Part shown: positions 20,200 to 29,159 of the stretch, one piece after another
Layout: every line of letters starts with the position of its first letter
Position numbering within the stretch: the first letter of the stretch is position 1
Assembly (NCBI GenBank): GCA_902524895.1
Contig: CABZFH010000001.1
Location: forward strand, 186,876-250,875
Origin: an uncultured Alphaproteobacteria bacterium
Lineage (GTDB): Bacteria; Pseudomonadota; Alphaproteobacteria; Methylaequorales; Methylaequoraceae
Direction of reading: 5' to 3'
DNA: 64,000 bases
The notes under the pieces: generated by a model
Database searches by the model: none
What the model saw: the letters and a program-made list of their open reading frames with translations, nothing else
What the model was told of the DNA's origin: nothing
Program-made: the position numbers and the translations under genes

Positions 20200-21220
20200 A
20201 AGATGCTTTGGAAATGTATTTATCTCCTATACCTTCACTCATCTCAAATTTTTGATAATTTTTAACTATTTTTGATACAAGTGAATTTCTGACAACGTCT
20301 GTATCTTGAAACCTAATGAAACCAATTTGTTCAATATTACTTAAAATATTAATAGCTTGCCTTAATCCTGATTTTGTACCTGATGGCAAGTCAACTTGAG
20401 ATAAATCTCCATTAATTATCATTTTAGAGTTTTCTCCTAATCTTGTTAGAAACATCTTCATTTGTACAGGGGTGGTGTTTTGTGATTCATCAAGAATTAT
20501 AAAAGAATTTGATAGTGTTCTTCCTCTCATAAAGGCAAGAGGCGCAATTTCAATATGTCCAGAGTCAATTTTTTTTATAACTTCATCAAAAGGTAACATC
20601 TCATTCAGAGCATCGTATATAGGTCTTAAATATGGATCGATTTTATCTTTAAGATCGCCTGGCAAGAAACCAAGTCTTTCACCTGCTTCAACTGCAGGTC
20701 TAGATAAAATAATTTTATCGACTTTTCCAGCTTTTAACATAGAAACAGCAAAAGCAACTGCCAAATATGTCTTACCCGTACCTGCAGGTCCACAACAAAA
20801 AACTAGTTCTTTCTCACGAATTAATTTAAAATAATCTCTTTGTTTTTTTGACCTAGGGCGTAAAAGTTTTTTGCCTGCTTTAACAAAAATTGACTCTACA
20901 AACTTCTCACTAGTTGACTCATGGTTAATTGTTTTTGTCATGTTGATAAAACCTTTTAATTCTCCGTAATCTATTTGATTGTTGTTTTCTACAGATTTAT
21001 ACAAATTTCTCAAAACAAACACGGCTTTTCTAACATTATTTTTAGGACCAATTATCGAAACTAGATTTCCCCTTGGAATAATTTTTATATTAAATTCTAT
21101 TTCTACTTTCTTTAAATTTTCGTCTGAATGTCCGCACATTACAGACATAAGGGTATTGTTATTAAATGATAATGTTTCCGTAACATTATTTATTTCTTCG
21201 GAGTTATTTAGATTGCTCAA
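20189..21220 (-). CDS. ybeZ: PhoH-like ATPase (YbeZ)
   Basis: 343 aa. Walker A GPAGTGKT, Walker B ILDESQN. Located upstream of ybeY. Confidence 0.9.
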   Translation of the reverse strand: MSNLNNSEEINNVTETLSFNNNTLMSVMCGHSDENLKKVEIEFNIKIIPRGNLVSIIGPKNNVRKAVFVLRNLYKSVENNNQIDYGELKGFINMTKTINHESTSEKFVESIFVKAGKKLLRPRSKKQRDYFKLIREKELVFCCGPAGTGKTYLAVAFAVSMLKAGKVDKIILSRPAVEAGERLGFLPGDLKDKIDPYLRPIYDALNEMLPFDEVIKKIDSGHIEIAPLAFMRGRTLSNSFIILDESQNTTPVQMKMFLTRLGENSKMIINGDLSQVDLPSGTKSGLRQAINILSNIEQIGFIRFQDTDVVRNSLVSKIVKNYQKFEMSEGIGDKYISKASYED

Positions 21221-21232
21221 TATTGACTCATT

Positions 21233-22564
21233 TTATGATAATTTCCCATGTAAAGAAAAAGAGGTCAGAGATTTTATTTTAACTTTAACTAGCTTGCCTA
21301 TTAAATCTTCTCTAGAAATTATGTGAACAGGTTGAAGATATTCACTTCTACCAACAAATTGATTTCTTTTCTTACCAATTTTTTCAATCAACACTTCCAT
21401 ATCTAACCCAATGCATTTTTCATTAAACTGCTTTTGTTGTAAATTTAATTCTTTTTGTAATATGTTCAATCTATCATTTATAATATTATCTTCTAAATCA
21501 AATTTTTTCAAGAAAGCGGGTGTTCCAGGCCTTGGCGAATATTTAAAAGAGTATGAACCAGCAAATTTAACTGATTTAACTATATCCATAGTATCATCGA
21601 AATCAGATTTATTCTCTCCTGGAAACCCTACTATAAAATCTGATGTTAACGCAATATTTGGTATTTTGCTTCTAAGTTTTTCTACAATTTTTAAATATAC
21701 CTCTTTAGTGTATCTTCTATTCATTTCTTTTAAGATTTTATTAGAACCAGATTGAATTGGCAAGTGAAGATATGGCATTAACTTTGAATTATTTTGATGT
21801 TCTAATATTAGTTCATCAGTCATATCAGCAGGATGAGATGTAATATATCTTATTCTTTCTAATCCTTTTATTTCAGATAGGAAAGAACATAGCTTAGCTA
21901 AAGAATATAAATTTTTTGGATTTTGAAAATCAAATTTTCCGTTGTATGCATTTACATTTTGTCCTAAAAGTGTAATTTCTTTGACTCCTAAAGAAACAAG
22001 ATTTTTTACTTCACCGAAGATGTCCAAAACATTTCTAGAATATTCTGCTCCTCTTGTGTAAGGTACAACACAAAATGTACAAAATTTATCACAGCCTTCT
22101 TGGATTGACACAAAAGCTGTTACACCTGAAAAGGATGGCTTTGGAAAGGAATTAAATTTTTCTTCTACATCAAACTCATTTTTAATGACTGGTCTTGTGA
22201 ACTTTTTAGAAAGTATTGAGGTTAATTTATGATAATTATGTGGTCCCAAAACGATATCAACATCCTTGTTTCTTTTGATTATTTCCTTTCCTTCAGCTTG
22301 CGCCACACAACCACAAATTGCAATTATCATATTTTCGCCAGCTAATTTTTTATTTTTCTTATACTTGCTTAGTCTTCCAATATCAGAGTACATTTTTTCT
22401 GACGCTTTTTCTCTTATATGACAGGTATTCAATATTGCTAAATCACAGTTTTCTGGTTCTTTTGACAAAATGTAACCCATTGGTTTCAAAAGATCTTGAA
22501 TCTTTTCCGAATCATAAAAATTCATTTGACAACCATATGTTTTAATATAAAAAAGTTTTTTCAT
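21233..22564 (-). CDS. miaB: tRNA-2-methylthio-N6-dimethylallyladenosine synthase
   Basis: 443 aa. UPF0004 N-domain (YGCQMN), radical-SAM CDKFCTFC, TRAM C-terminus. Confidence 0.95.
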   Translation of the reverse strand: MKKLFYIKTYGCQMNFYDSEKIQDLLKPMGYILSKEPENCDLAILNTCHIREKASEKMYSDIGRLSKYKKNKKLAGENMIIAICGCVAQAEGKEIIKRNKDVDIVLGPHNYHKLTSILSKKFTRPVIKNEFDVEEKFNSFPKPSFSGVTAFVSIQEGCDKFCTFCVVPYTRGAEYSRNVLDIFGEVKNLVSLGVKEITLLGQNVNAYNGKFDFQNPKNLYSLAKLCSFLSEIKGLERIRYITSHPADMTDELILEHQNNSKLMPYLHLPIQSGSNKILKEMNRRYTKEVYLKIVEKLRSKIPNIALTSDFIVGFPGENKSDFDDTMDIVKSVKFAGSYSFKYSPRPGTPAFLKKFDLEDNIINDRLNILQKELNLQQKQFNEKCIGLDMEVLIEKIGKKRNQFVGRSEYLQPVHIISREDLIGKLVKVKIKSLTSFSLHGKLS

Positions 22565-22594
22565 TTAATTAAACTAAGCAAAATTTGACGAAAA

Positions 22595-23377
22595 TTAAAG
22601 ATTAAATTTATTTACAGTATAAGATGTAGAGTTTGAAATGATATCATAACAATATTTACTTGCTGATTTCCTTGATTTAAATCTCGAAAACTGAAGTGCT
22701 TTATGAAAATTAATTGTAATTTCACAAGTTCCTAACCCTAAAAGTTTCCAAGCGTGTGGAGCTAAATCGACACTGCCGTACCAAGCATAAAACTGTTTAA
22801 AAATCCTATTTGTAGGAAAACCGTCAAATCCTGTATAGGTAATTGAAATAGGTTGTAACTCAAAAAACTTATTTTCAGATATTTCAACAATTCCAAATAA
22901 TGAACTCTTAAACGGTAATATCTGAGTGCCATTATTAGAGGTTCCTTCTGGGAAAAGAATTACATTGAATCCATCTCGCAAATTGCTTGATAAAATATTT
23001 ACTTGATTTTTAGACTTTAATATTTCTTTTCTATCTATAAATATTGTTTTTCCAAGCCTGACTATAATGTTTATAATTGGCCAATTTGAAATTTCTGATT
23101 TGGCTACAAATTTTCCATCCAACTCTGACCCTAAAATTATAATGTCTAAGTATGAAGTATGATTAGAAATAAATAGTGTTCCTTTTTTATTCGCCCGTCC
23201 ACAGGTTTTTAGAGTAATCCCAAATATGATTAACAATCCTTTGAAAAAAATTTTTGGAATAATAAACGAAAATTTTTTGGGAAAAAAAAAAAAAGACATT
23301 TGTATTAAGCTACAAGCTATTGTCCAGGGCAGTAAAACGGAAAGCCTGAATATCGATAAAAGTGGTGAATAATACAT
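22595..23377 (-). CDS. olsA: Lysophospholipid/lyso-ornithine-lipid O-acyltransferase (PlsC family; OlsA-like)
   Basis: 260 aa. Acyltransferase motifs NHTSYLDI (HX4D) and FPEGT. Immediately downstream of an OlsB-like gene, with a 1-nt start/stop overlap. Confidence 0.7.
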   Translation of the reverse strand: MYYSPLLSIFRLSVLLPWTIACSLIQMSFFFFPKKFSFIIPKIFFKGLLIIFGITLKTCGRANKKGTLFISNHTSYLDIIILGSELDGKFVAKSEISNWPIINIIVRLGKTIFIDRKEILKSKNQVNILSSNLRDGFNVILFPEGTSNNGTQILPFKSSLFGIVEISENKFFELQPISITYTGFDGFPTNRIFKQFYAWYGSVDLAPHAWKLLGLGTCEITINFHKALQFSRFKSRKSASKYCYDIISNSTSYTVNKFNL

Positions 23378-24219
23378 TATTGATTTATGGCCATTTTGAG
23401 ATATTTAGGGTCAATCTTGTCTGATTTAAGTATAATACATATATCAATAGTTTTAAAATGTGGATCAAAAACAGCCCCTTCACCTACCCATGCTCCTACC
23501 CTTAAATATGCTTTAATAAGAGGAGGGAGACTTTTAAAAATTTTTAACTTAGAAATTTTACTAATATCAGCACTTTTCCATTTGGCATTTTTACTTTTGA
23601 GAGGAAAAGTAAGATATTGTTTTGGAGCAGAATAAAAATTTTTTAAAAAAGATAATTGGTTTCTAATTTTATTTGTATTATTACACTGAAAACTTGCGCA
23701 ACCAATAATAAAGTCAACTTTAGATTTTTTGATATAAGTAGATAATCCTCTCCACAAAAGCCTTATTATTTTTCCATCTCTATAATTTTTGTGCACACAC
23801 GATCTGCCAACCTCCAAGATTTTTAAATCAAGTTTTTTAAGGTTATAAAGATCAAACTCTGTTTCAGTATAAAAATCTCCCTTGGAATTGTTTGAATAAT
23901 TTATCATCAAACGATAAGTTCCAACAACGTGATGAGACGAAACAGATTTATCTATGACGACTAGATGGTCACAAAATTTATCATATTCGTCAGAATCTAG
24001 AATATAGTCTTGATTGTTAATGGAACCTTCTTTAAAAAATGTATTAAACCTTAATCTTTGAGCATTTTTAATCAACAAATCATTACCATTAACAACCAAA
24101 ACGTGAAATCTGTCAACTTCAAAATTAATATTCGGATCTATTGAATCATTTGAATTTAAATCGGAATTAATACTTCTATTTATCTTTTCCAATACTTGCA
24201 CACCCTTTTGGAACTGCAT
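23377..24219 (-). CDS. olsB: Ornithine-acyl-ACP N-acyltransferase (OlsB-like GNAT, 'putative hemolysin' family)
   Basis: 280 aa. AQRLRFNTFF, VGTYRL, LEVGRSCVHKNYR are typical of the OlsB/Acetyltransf_5 family. The ATG at 24219 overlaps the fur 3' end by 44 nt. Confidence 0.7.
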   Translation of the reverse strand: MQFQKGVQVLEKINRSINSDLNSNDSIDPNINFEVDRFHVLVVNGNDLLIKNAQRLRFNTFFKEGSINNQDYILDSDEYDKFCDHLVVIDKSVSSHHVVGTYRLMINYSNNSKGDFYTETEFDLYNLKKLDLKILEVGRSCVHKNYRDGKIIRLLWRGLSTYIKKSKVDFIIGCASFQCNNTNKIRNQLSFLKNFYSAPKQYLTFPLKSKNAKWKSADISKISKLKIFKSLPPLIKAYLRVGAWVGEGAVFDPHFKTIDICIILKSDKIDPKYLKMAINQ

Positions 24220-24607
24220 ATAGTTCTAGCCGATGTTCGACTAACTCATAACCCAATTTAGAGGCTATTTCCTTTTGTAATGCTTCAATCTTATCATTTT
24301 TGAACTCGAGTACTTTGCCACTTTTTATATCTATAAGGTGATCATGATGGATATCAGAAGCCTTCTCATATCTAGATCTTGAACCTCCAAACTCATGTTT
24401 ATCAATTATTCCGTGTTCTTGAAACAGTCTAATAGTTCTATAAACTGTAGCTATACTAATTCTATTATCAACTTTTGATGCTCTTTTGAACACTAGCTCT
24501 ACGTCGGGATGATCTGAAGAGTCAACAATTACCTGTATGATGATTTTTCGTTGCTCAGTCATTTTCAAACCAAGTAAATTGCACTTTTCTAAAATGTTAT
24601 ATTTCAT
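24176..24607 (-). CDS. fur: Fur-family metalloregulator
   Basis: 143 aa. Winged-helix (TEQRKII, ISIATVYRTIRLF) and metal site HHDHLI. Lacks the CxxC structural-zinc pairs, as in several alphaproteobacterial Fur/Mur/Irr proteins. Confidence 0.88.
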   Translation of the reverse strand: MKYNILEKCNLLGLKMTEQRKIIIQVIVDSSDHPDVELVFKRASKVDNRISIATVYRTIRLFQEHGIIDKHEFGGSRSRYEKASDIHHDHLIDIKSGKVLEFKNDKIEALQKEIASKLGYELVEHRLELYAVPKGCASIGKDK

Positions 24608-24703
24608 TGTTTGATATTTAATAAATTACCATTAGCCGTTTTAAAGTACAATTTTAACAAAAAAAATTGTAATATTCAAAAATATACAATAAAAATTAAA
24701 AAA

Positions 24704-24934
24704 GTGAAAAAAAAAAAAAAATTAGATGTTTCAAAAGTTGATTGCCCAATGACATTTGTTAAAACCAAAATATTTCTCGAAAGCACATCGGACAAAGAGG
24801 ATAGAGTTATAATTATCAAAGGTGTTCAAAATTTCGTGAGTTTAAAAGATACTCTAATTGATCAAAATTATAAAATTAAAACTAAATGTGTTAAAAAAAA
24901 CTATTATGAAATTTTAGTGACGGCAGAATCATAA
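24704..24934 (+). CDS. TusA/SirA-like small sulfur-carrier protein, putative
   Basis: 76 aa from in-frame GTG 24704. LDVSKVDCPMTFVKTK resembles the TusA LD..G..CP.P..K active-site loop, and the size fits the family. The track's longer TTG-initiated form (24611) adds a low-complexity leader I consider non-coding. Confidence 0.5.
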   Translation: MKKKKKLDVSKVDCPMTFVKTKIFLESTSDKEDRVIIIKGVQNFVSLKDTLIDQNYKIKTKCVKKNYYEILVTAES

Positions 24935-25390
24935 ATTTAACTCCATAATAATTGCATCACTTTTTTTTTCATTCATAAAATAATAATCCTTTCTCTTGCC
25001 AACTATTTTAAATCCAAATTTTTGATAAAGAATATTAGCTGCTTGATTGTCCTCATTAACTTCTAAAACAATTTTATTTATTAAACGTAATTTACAAAAC
25101 TTTTTAATATCCTTCAAAAAGTTTTGTGCTATTCCCCTACGCCTAAATTTAGGAGCTACAAATATTAAAAAAACGTCCATAAAATTCTCTGAATATAATG
25201 AAATCGAAAACCCAACAATTTTTTTGCCATGTTTAGAAATTCTTGAAAAGCTAGTTTTTTTGTTAATATGATCGTTAAGATCTCTGCGAGTCCATATATT
25301 ATTTATTTCATTTATATGTTCTTCTTGGAGGTTTTCAATAAATTCTAGATCTTCAATTCCTATTTTTGTATAGCTGATTTTTTTTTGCAT
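24929..25390 (-). CDS. rimI: Ribosomal-protein-alanine N-acetyltransferase (GNAT)
   Basis: 153 aa. GNAT acetyl-CoA motif RRRGIAQNFL. Follows tsaB as in most bacteria. Confidence 0.8.
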   Translation of the reverse strand: MQKKISYTKIGIEDLEFIENLQEEHINEINNIWTRRDLNDHINKKTSFSRISKHGKKIVGFSISLYSENFMDVFLIFVAPKFRRRGIAQNFLKDIKKFCKLRLINKIVLEVNEDNQAANILYQKFGFKIVGKRKDYYFMNEKKSDAIIMELNL

Positions 25391-26024
25391 AGTGTTGTAA
25401 GTGGTATAAAACTTTTGTTGTTTTTGATGATAAATCCAAAAAATGTGCCTTCAAGACCGATTTTGCATTTGTATTAATCTTCTGTATTTTTTTTCCTGCA
25501 ATAGAAAAATTAATATATTGGTTAGTAACAATTTTTAAATTTTTCCAACCTCTAATATTTGAATACAACATAATTTTTTTTTCAATATCACTTGTAAATC
25601 CACAAAATATCTTTGACGATCTGATCCATTTTAACTTTTGGTTCTCAAAAAATTGAAAATAAAAATCTTTCCTTGAATCTTTAAAAAATAATAATAAGGC
25701 TTCACTAGAAAACCTTACATGAGGTAGAAAAGTATCGAATTTTGTTAAGGTATATATTTTTGCATTATTAGTTATTGATAAACCTTGAGAAATTGATAAT
25801 AGGTTTCTCAATGTTGTGAAACTACCAGGGCCTCGTGGCAAAATAATTTCCGTAATTTTAGAATTATCATATTCTTTTAACATCAACTGTATCAGTTCTA
25901 AAATTTTATCTGATCGAATGGTTTTCTTTTCTTTAGTGATTTCTAAAAATTTTAAGATTTTAGCTTTCCTTGCGATTGCAATAGAAACATTGCTACTTGA
26001 TGAAAATAATGATAACGACAACAT
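25353..26024 (-). CDS. tsaB: tRNA threonylcarbamoyladenosine biosynthesis protein TsaB (YeaZ)
   Basis: 223 aa. RGPGSFTTLR motif of the M22/YeaZ family. Overlaps rimI by 38 nt. Confidence 0.8.
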   Translation of the reverse strand: MLSLSLFSSSSNVSIAIARKAKILKFLEITKEKKTIRSDKILELIQLMLKEYDNSKITEIILPRGPGSFTTLRNLLSISQGLSITNNAKIYTLTKFDTFLPHVRFSSEALLLFFKDSRKDFYFQFFENQKLKWIRSSKIFCGFTSDIEKKIMLYSNIRGWKNLKIVTNQYINFSIAGKKIQKINTNAKSVLKAHFLDLSSKTTKVLYHLQHYAKKNQLYKNRN

Positions 26025-26049
26025 AAAATTTATATTATAATAACTTACT

Positions 26050-26607
26050 ATGAATCAAAAATTAGTCAAAGTTACTAATAATGCAAATATAATAATCGAT
26101 TTGCGTTATGCGACCACAAATAATTTTACATGTATGAAAATCTATTCAAGAGAAGAATGTTATCTGCATTGCCTTGCATATGAACATCTGATGATTGCAG
26201 CTGAGTTAGCACAAAAAATTGATTATAAATTAAAAATTTTTGATGGATTTCGTCCAGGTGAATCTCAAGAAAAACTCTGGGAATATTTTCCTAATCCTGA
26301 TTTTATAGTTCCACCGAAAAAAGGATCACCACATTCAAGAGGGGTTGCAGTGGACTTAACCTTAGTTGATAAAAAAAATAATGAGCTGGAAATGGGTACA
26401 GACTTTGACGAATTTTCTACCTTATCTTTTCATGGAACAAAAGATATTTCAGAAACAGCTTTTAAGAATAGAAATCTTTTACTAGGAATAATGTCTTCAG
26501 CCGGTTGGGATTTTTTTAGAAACGAATGGTGGCATTATCAGCTTTTTAATTCCAAAAATTTTCCAATTTTATTTGATTCTGATTTACCTGAACCGTTAAC
26601 AATTTAA
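26050..26607 (+). CDS. ddpX: D-alanyl-D-alanine dipeptidase (VanX/DdpX, peptidase M15D)
   Basis: 185 aa. Motifs DGFRP, SPHSRGVAVDLTL, EWWHY (zinc and catalytic residues of VanX-type enzymes). Confidence 0.85.
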   Translation: MNQKLVKVTNNANIIIDLRYATTNNFTCMKIYSREECYLHCLAYEHLMIAAELAQKIDYKLKIFDGFRPGESQEKLWEYFPNPDFIVPPKKGSPHSRGVAVDLTLVDKKNNELEMGTDFDEFSTLSFHGTKDISETAFKNRNLLLGIMSSAGWDFFRNEWWHYQLFNSKNFPILFDSDLPEPLTI

Positions 26608-26610
26608 AAA

Positions 26611-27612
26611 ATGTCCAATTTTTTTTTGCTTATAATTATCCTTATTTTTTTTAATGACGATGTCAAAGCATCAGAGAATAATGATTACGCAACTGTGTTA
26701 ATGTATCATAGATTTAATGATAGCAAATATCCATCAACTAGCATTAGTTCAGAATTGTTCGAGTCCCATTTACAATATTTAAAGAAGAAAAATTATAGCG
26801 TTTTACCTATAACTGATCTCGTAGATTTTTTTGAGCAAAATAATGCTTTTCCAAAAAAAACTATTTTTATAACTATAGATGACGGATACAAAAGTTTTTA
26901 TGAGTACGCTTTTCCATTATTATTAAAATACAAATTTCCTTTTACTGTGTTTATTTCAACTGACTACATTTCTAATAATGATAAATCTGATTTTATGACT
27001 TGGGAAATGCTAAAAGAAATTAAAGCTAAAGGTGGTTCAATTCAGAATCATACCTCGAATCATGCTAATCTTAATGAGATGGACATAAAGGAAATAAGAA
27101 AAGTTGTTTTAGAATGTCAAAAAGAATTAGATCTTAAGTTAGGAATTAAATCAGATGTATTTTCTTTTCCATATGGCATGAGTTCTATTAAAAATGAAAC
27201 TATTATTAAAGAAATGGGTTTCAAATTAGCCTTTGGTCAGCAATCGAGTCATATTTTTTTCGGTGAAAATAAATTCAGGCTACCACGTTTTTCTTTCAAT
27301 CAGGAGCTGGGTGAAATTAAGAGATTTGAAATGATTATTGAATCTTTTCCTTTAGAGGTTTTTGATGTAATACCGGAAGATACGCTATTTAGAGATTCAC
27401 AGAATCAAATTTCATTTTCTACCAACCACCCCTTGTCCTTTATAAATTGTTATCATTCATCTAATACCCCTTTTGAAATAAGAAAATTACCTCCTTCAAA
27501 AATTGAAATACAATTTAAAGATAAATTAAATAAGGGGGTTAATAGGGTCAATTGTACAGCCTACGACAAAAATAAAAATTTATACTGGTATGGTAAAATA
27601 TTAATTCATTAA
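26611..27612 (+). CDS. Polysaccharide deacetylase (NodB-homology, CE4) family protein, secreted
   Basis: 333 aa. N-terminal signal, VLMYHRF, ITIDDGY, HTSNH. Confidence 0.8.
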   Translation: MSNFFLLIIILIFFNDDVKASENNDYATVLMYHRFNDSKYPSTSISSELFESHLQYLKKKNYSVLPITDLVDFFEQNNAFPKKTIFITIDDGYKSFYEYAFPLLLKYKFPFTVFISTDYISNNDKSDFMTWEMLKEIKAKGGSIQNHTSNHANLNEMDIKEIRKVVLECQKELDLKLGIKSDVFSFPYGMSSIKNETIIKEMGFKLAFGQQSSHIFFGENKFRLPRFSFNQELGEIKRFEMIIESFPLEVFDVIPEDTLFRDSQNQISFSTNHPLSFINCYHSSNTPFEIRKLPPSKIEIQFKDKLNKGVNRVNCTAYDKNKNLYWYGKILIH

Positions 27613-28569
27613 TTTTTGTGTTTTATAGATTTTATCAAATTTCAGAAAGTTGTTAATTTTCATAACATTTTTTATATCTTTGACGTAAAGCTCTCTTCTT
27701 TCTGAGTAATTAAGTAACTTTTCTGACAAGAGATCACCACTTATGTTTTCTCCGTTCATTCGTAAATCTTTTCTGCGTTTCCTGAAATCAGAGTAAGCAT
27801 TATGAGTATTTAAATTTTTAATATATGACTCTACAGAATCAGAGAGTGTTAAAAACTTTTTTATCAAAAATTTTTTTTCATCTGATCTATCTTTTGGAAT
27901 TAAACCTGTCTCATTATCATAAGTGTATTGACCAAAGATAGCATTACCCTCCCTAGCATATCTTGAAGAACCCCATCCACTTTCGATGGCTGCTTGAGAT
28001 ATAGCTAATGAAATTGGTATGATGTCTATTCTCATCAATAAATTACCAATATTCTCTCCATCAAAGGAATATTTCTGACTAATTTTTTTAAGCCACTCTG
28101 GCCAAAACTCTTTATTTATTTGCTCACCATCAGTTTCGGTCCACCATTCTAAAATTTTTTTTCTTTCAGCTAGAACTCTTTCATTTTCTAAAAAAATAAT
28201 TGGTAAGATAGTTTTTATAAAAAGGTTTTTTTTTAACCTTGCTGGTTCGAGTAGCAGAAAATCATCTGGAAGTGAAGAAAAAACAACTAAATTTTCGTAC
28301 GAATTATTAATAAAACTTTCAATTGTAAAATTATATTTTTCAAAGATTCCTAACATTTCATTTGATAATGTAATTGAGTCCGATTCAATTTCCTTCAAAC
28401 TAAAATCCTCAGAACTATTATTCAAAATTTCATAATTTATTGGAACAGAGCTGATTGCATCTTTTTCAAAAAAAAAATATTTACCAGCTACAAATAAATA
28501 ATTTGAAATAATCATTAAGGATAAAAAGATAACAATATAGTTGTTACCTTTCAAAGAAAAGATAATCAT
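27601..28569 (-). CDS. Bax-like glucosaminidase-domain protein (mannosyl-glycoprotein endo-beta-N-acetylglucosaminidase family)
   Basis: 322 aa. N-terminal TM helix. AQAAIESGWGSSRYAREGNAIFG is the FlgJ/Bax glucosaminidase signature. Confidence 0.75.
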   Translation of the reverse strand: MIIFSLKGNNYIVIFLSLMIISNYLFVAGKYFFFEKDAISSVPINYEILNNSSEDFSLKEIESDSITLSNEMLGIFEKYNFTIESFINNSYENLVVFSSLPDDFLLLEPARLKKNLFIKTILPIIFLENERVLAERKKILEWWTETDGEQINKEFWPEWLKKISQKYSFDGENIGNLLMRIDIIPISLAISQAAIESGWGSSRYAREGNAIFGQYTYDNETGLIPKDRSDEKKFLIKKFLTLSDSVESYIKNLNTHNAYSDFRKRRKDLRMNGENISGDLLSEKLLNYSERRELYVKDIKNVMKINNFLKFDKIYKTQKLMN

Positions 28570-28572
28570 ATT

Positions 28573-29142
28573 CTAATTTACTGCTTCAACTGAAACAATC
28601 TCAGGTATGTAATATTTTAACATATTTTCAATGCCTGATTTTAATGTCAAAGTGGAGCTAGGACATCCAGCACATGCTCCTCTCAATTCTAAAAAAACAA
28701 TATTATCTTTTAATTTAACAAAATTGATATCTCCGCCATCTTGCGCGACTGCGGGCTTGATTTTTTCATCTAGAAGTACTTTAATTTGCTTAACAATTTT
28801 CAATTCGTCTCCAGCATAGTCCTCAATCCCATCAGAACTGTTAGAACTTTTAGTAGTTGGTTCTACTACTGGAGCATCGGAAGAAAAGAAGTTCATAATT
28901 TTTGAGAGAATGTCTGGTTTTATCATCTCCCACTCATAACCATCTTTTTTAGTAATGGTTATAAAATCTTTTCCAAAAAACACATTTGTTACTGCTTTAT
29001 TTTCAAACAAATTTGTAGCTAGCTTTGATGCAGAGGCTTCTTCTTTATTCCTAAATTCATAAGTACCAGATTCTAGTACATTAGTTTCAGGAATAAACTT
29101 AAGTGTTGAAGGGTTTGGTGTCATTTCAGTTTGTATAAACAT
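28573..29142 (-). CDS. NifU/Nfu-type Fe-S cluster scaffold protein (Nfu_N + NifU C-domain)
   Basis: 189 aa. MFIQTE.TPNP..LKF N-domain and the GACAGCPSS CxxC motif. Confidence 0.88.
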   Translation of the reverse strand: MFIQTEMTPNPSTLKFIPETNVLESGTYEFRNKEEASASKLATNLFENKAVTNVFFGKDFITITKKDGYEWEMIKPDILSKIMNFFSSDAPVVEPTTKSSNSSDGIEDYAGDELKIVKQIKVLLDEKIKPAVAQDGGDINFVKLKDNIVFLELRGACAGCPSSTLTLKSGIENMLKYYIPEIVSVEAVN

Positions 29143-29159
29143 ATATTTAAAATAATATA

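Noticed and set aside
23281-23300. Long homopolymer tracts as possible phase-variation switches (e.g. the A/T run of about 14 in the olsA 5' region, A15 at 24707-24721, A/T runs near 5881 and 10501).
   Set aside because: Such runs are frequent throughout this very AT-rich sequence and encode Lys or Phe stretches in frame. Without population data there is no support for slipped-strand regulation.
24611-24703. The 31-codon leader of the track ORF 24611..24934 (TTG start abutting fur).
   Set aside because: It is a Lys/Asn/Ile-rich low-complexity translation of an AT-rich divergent promoter spacer. The TusA-like domain size fits a start at GTG 24704.
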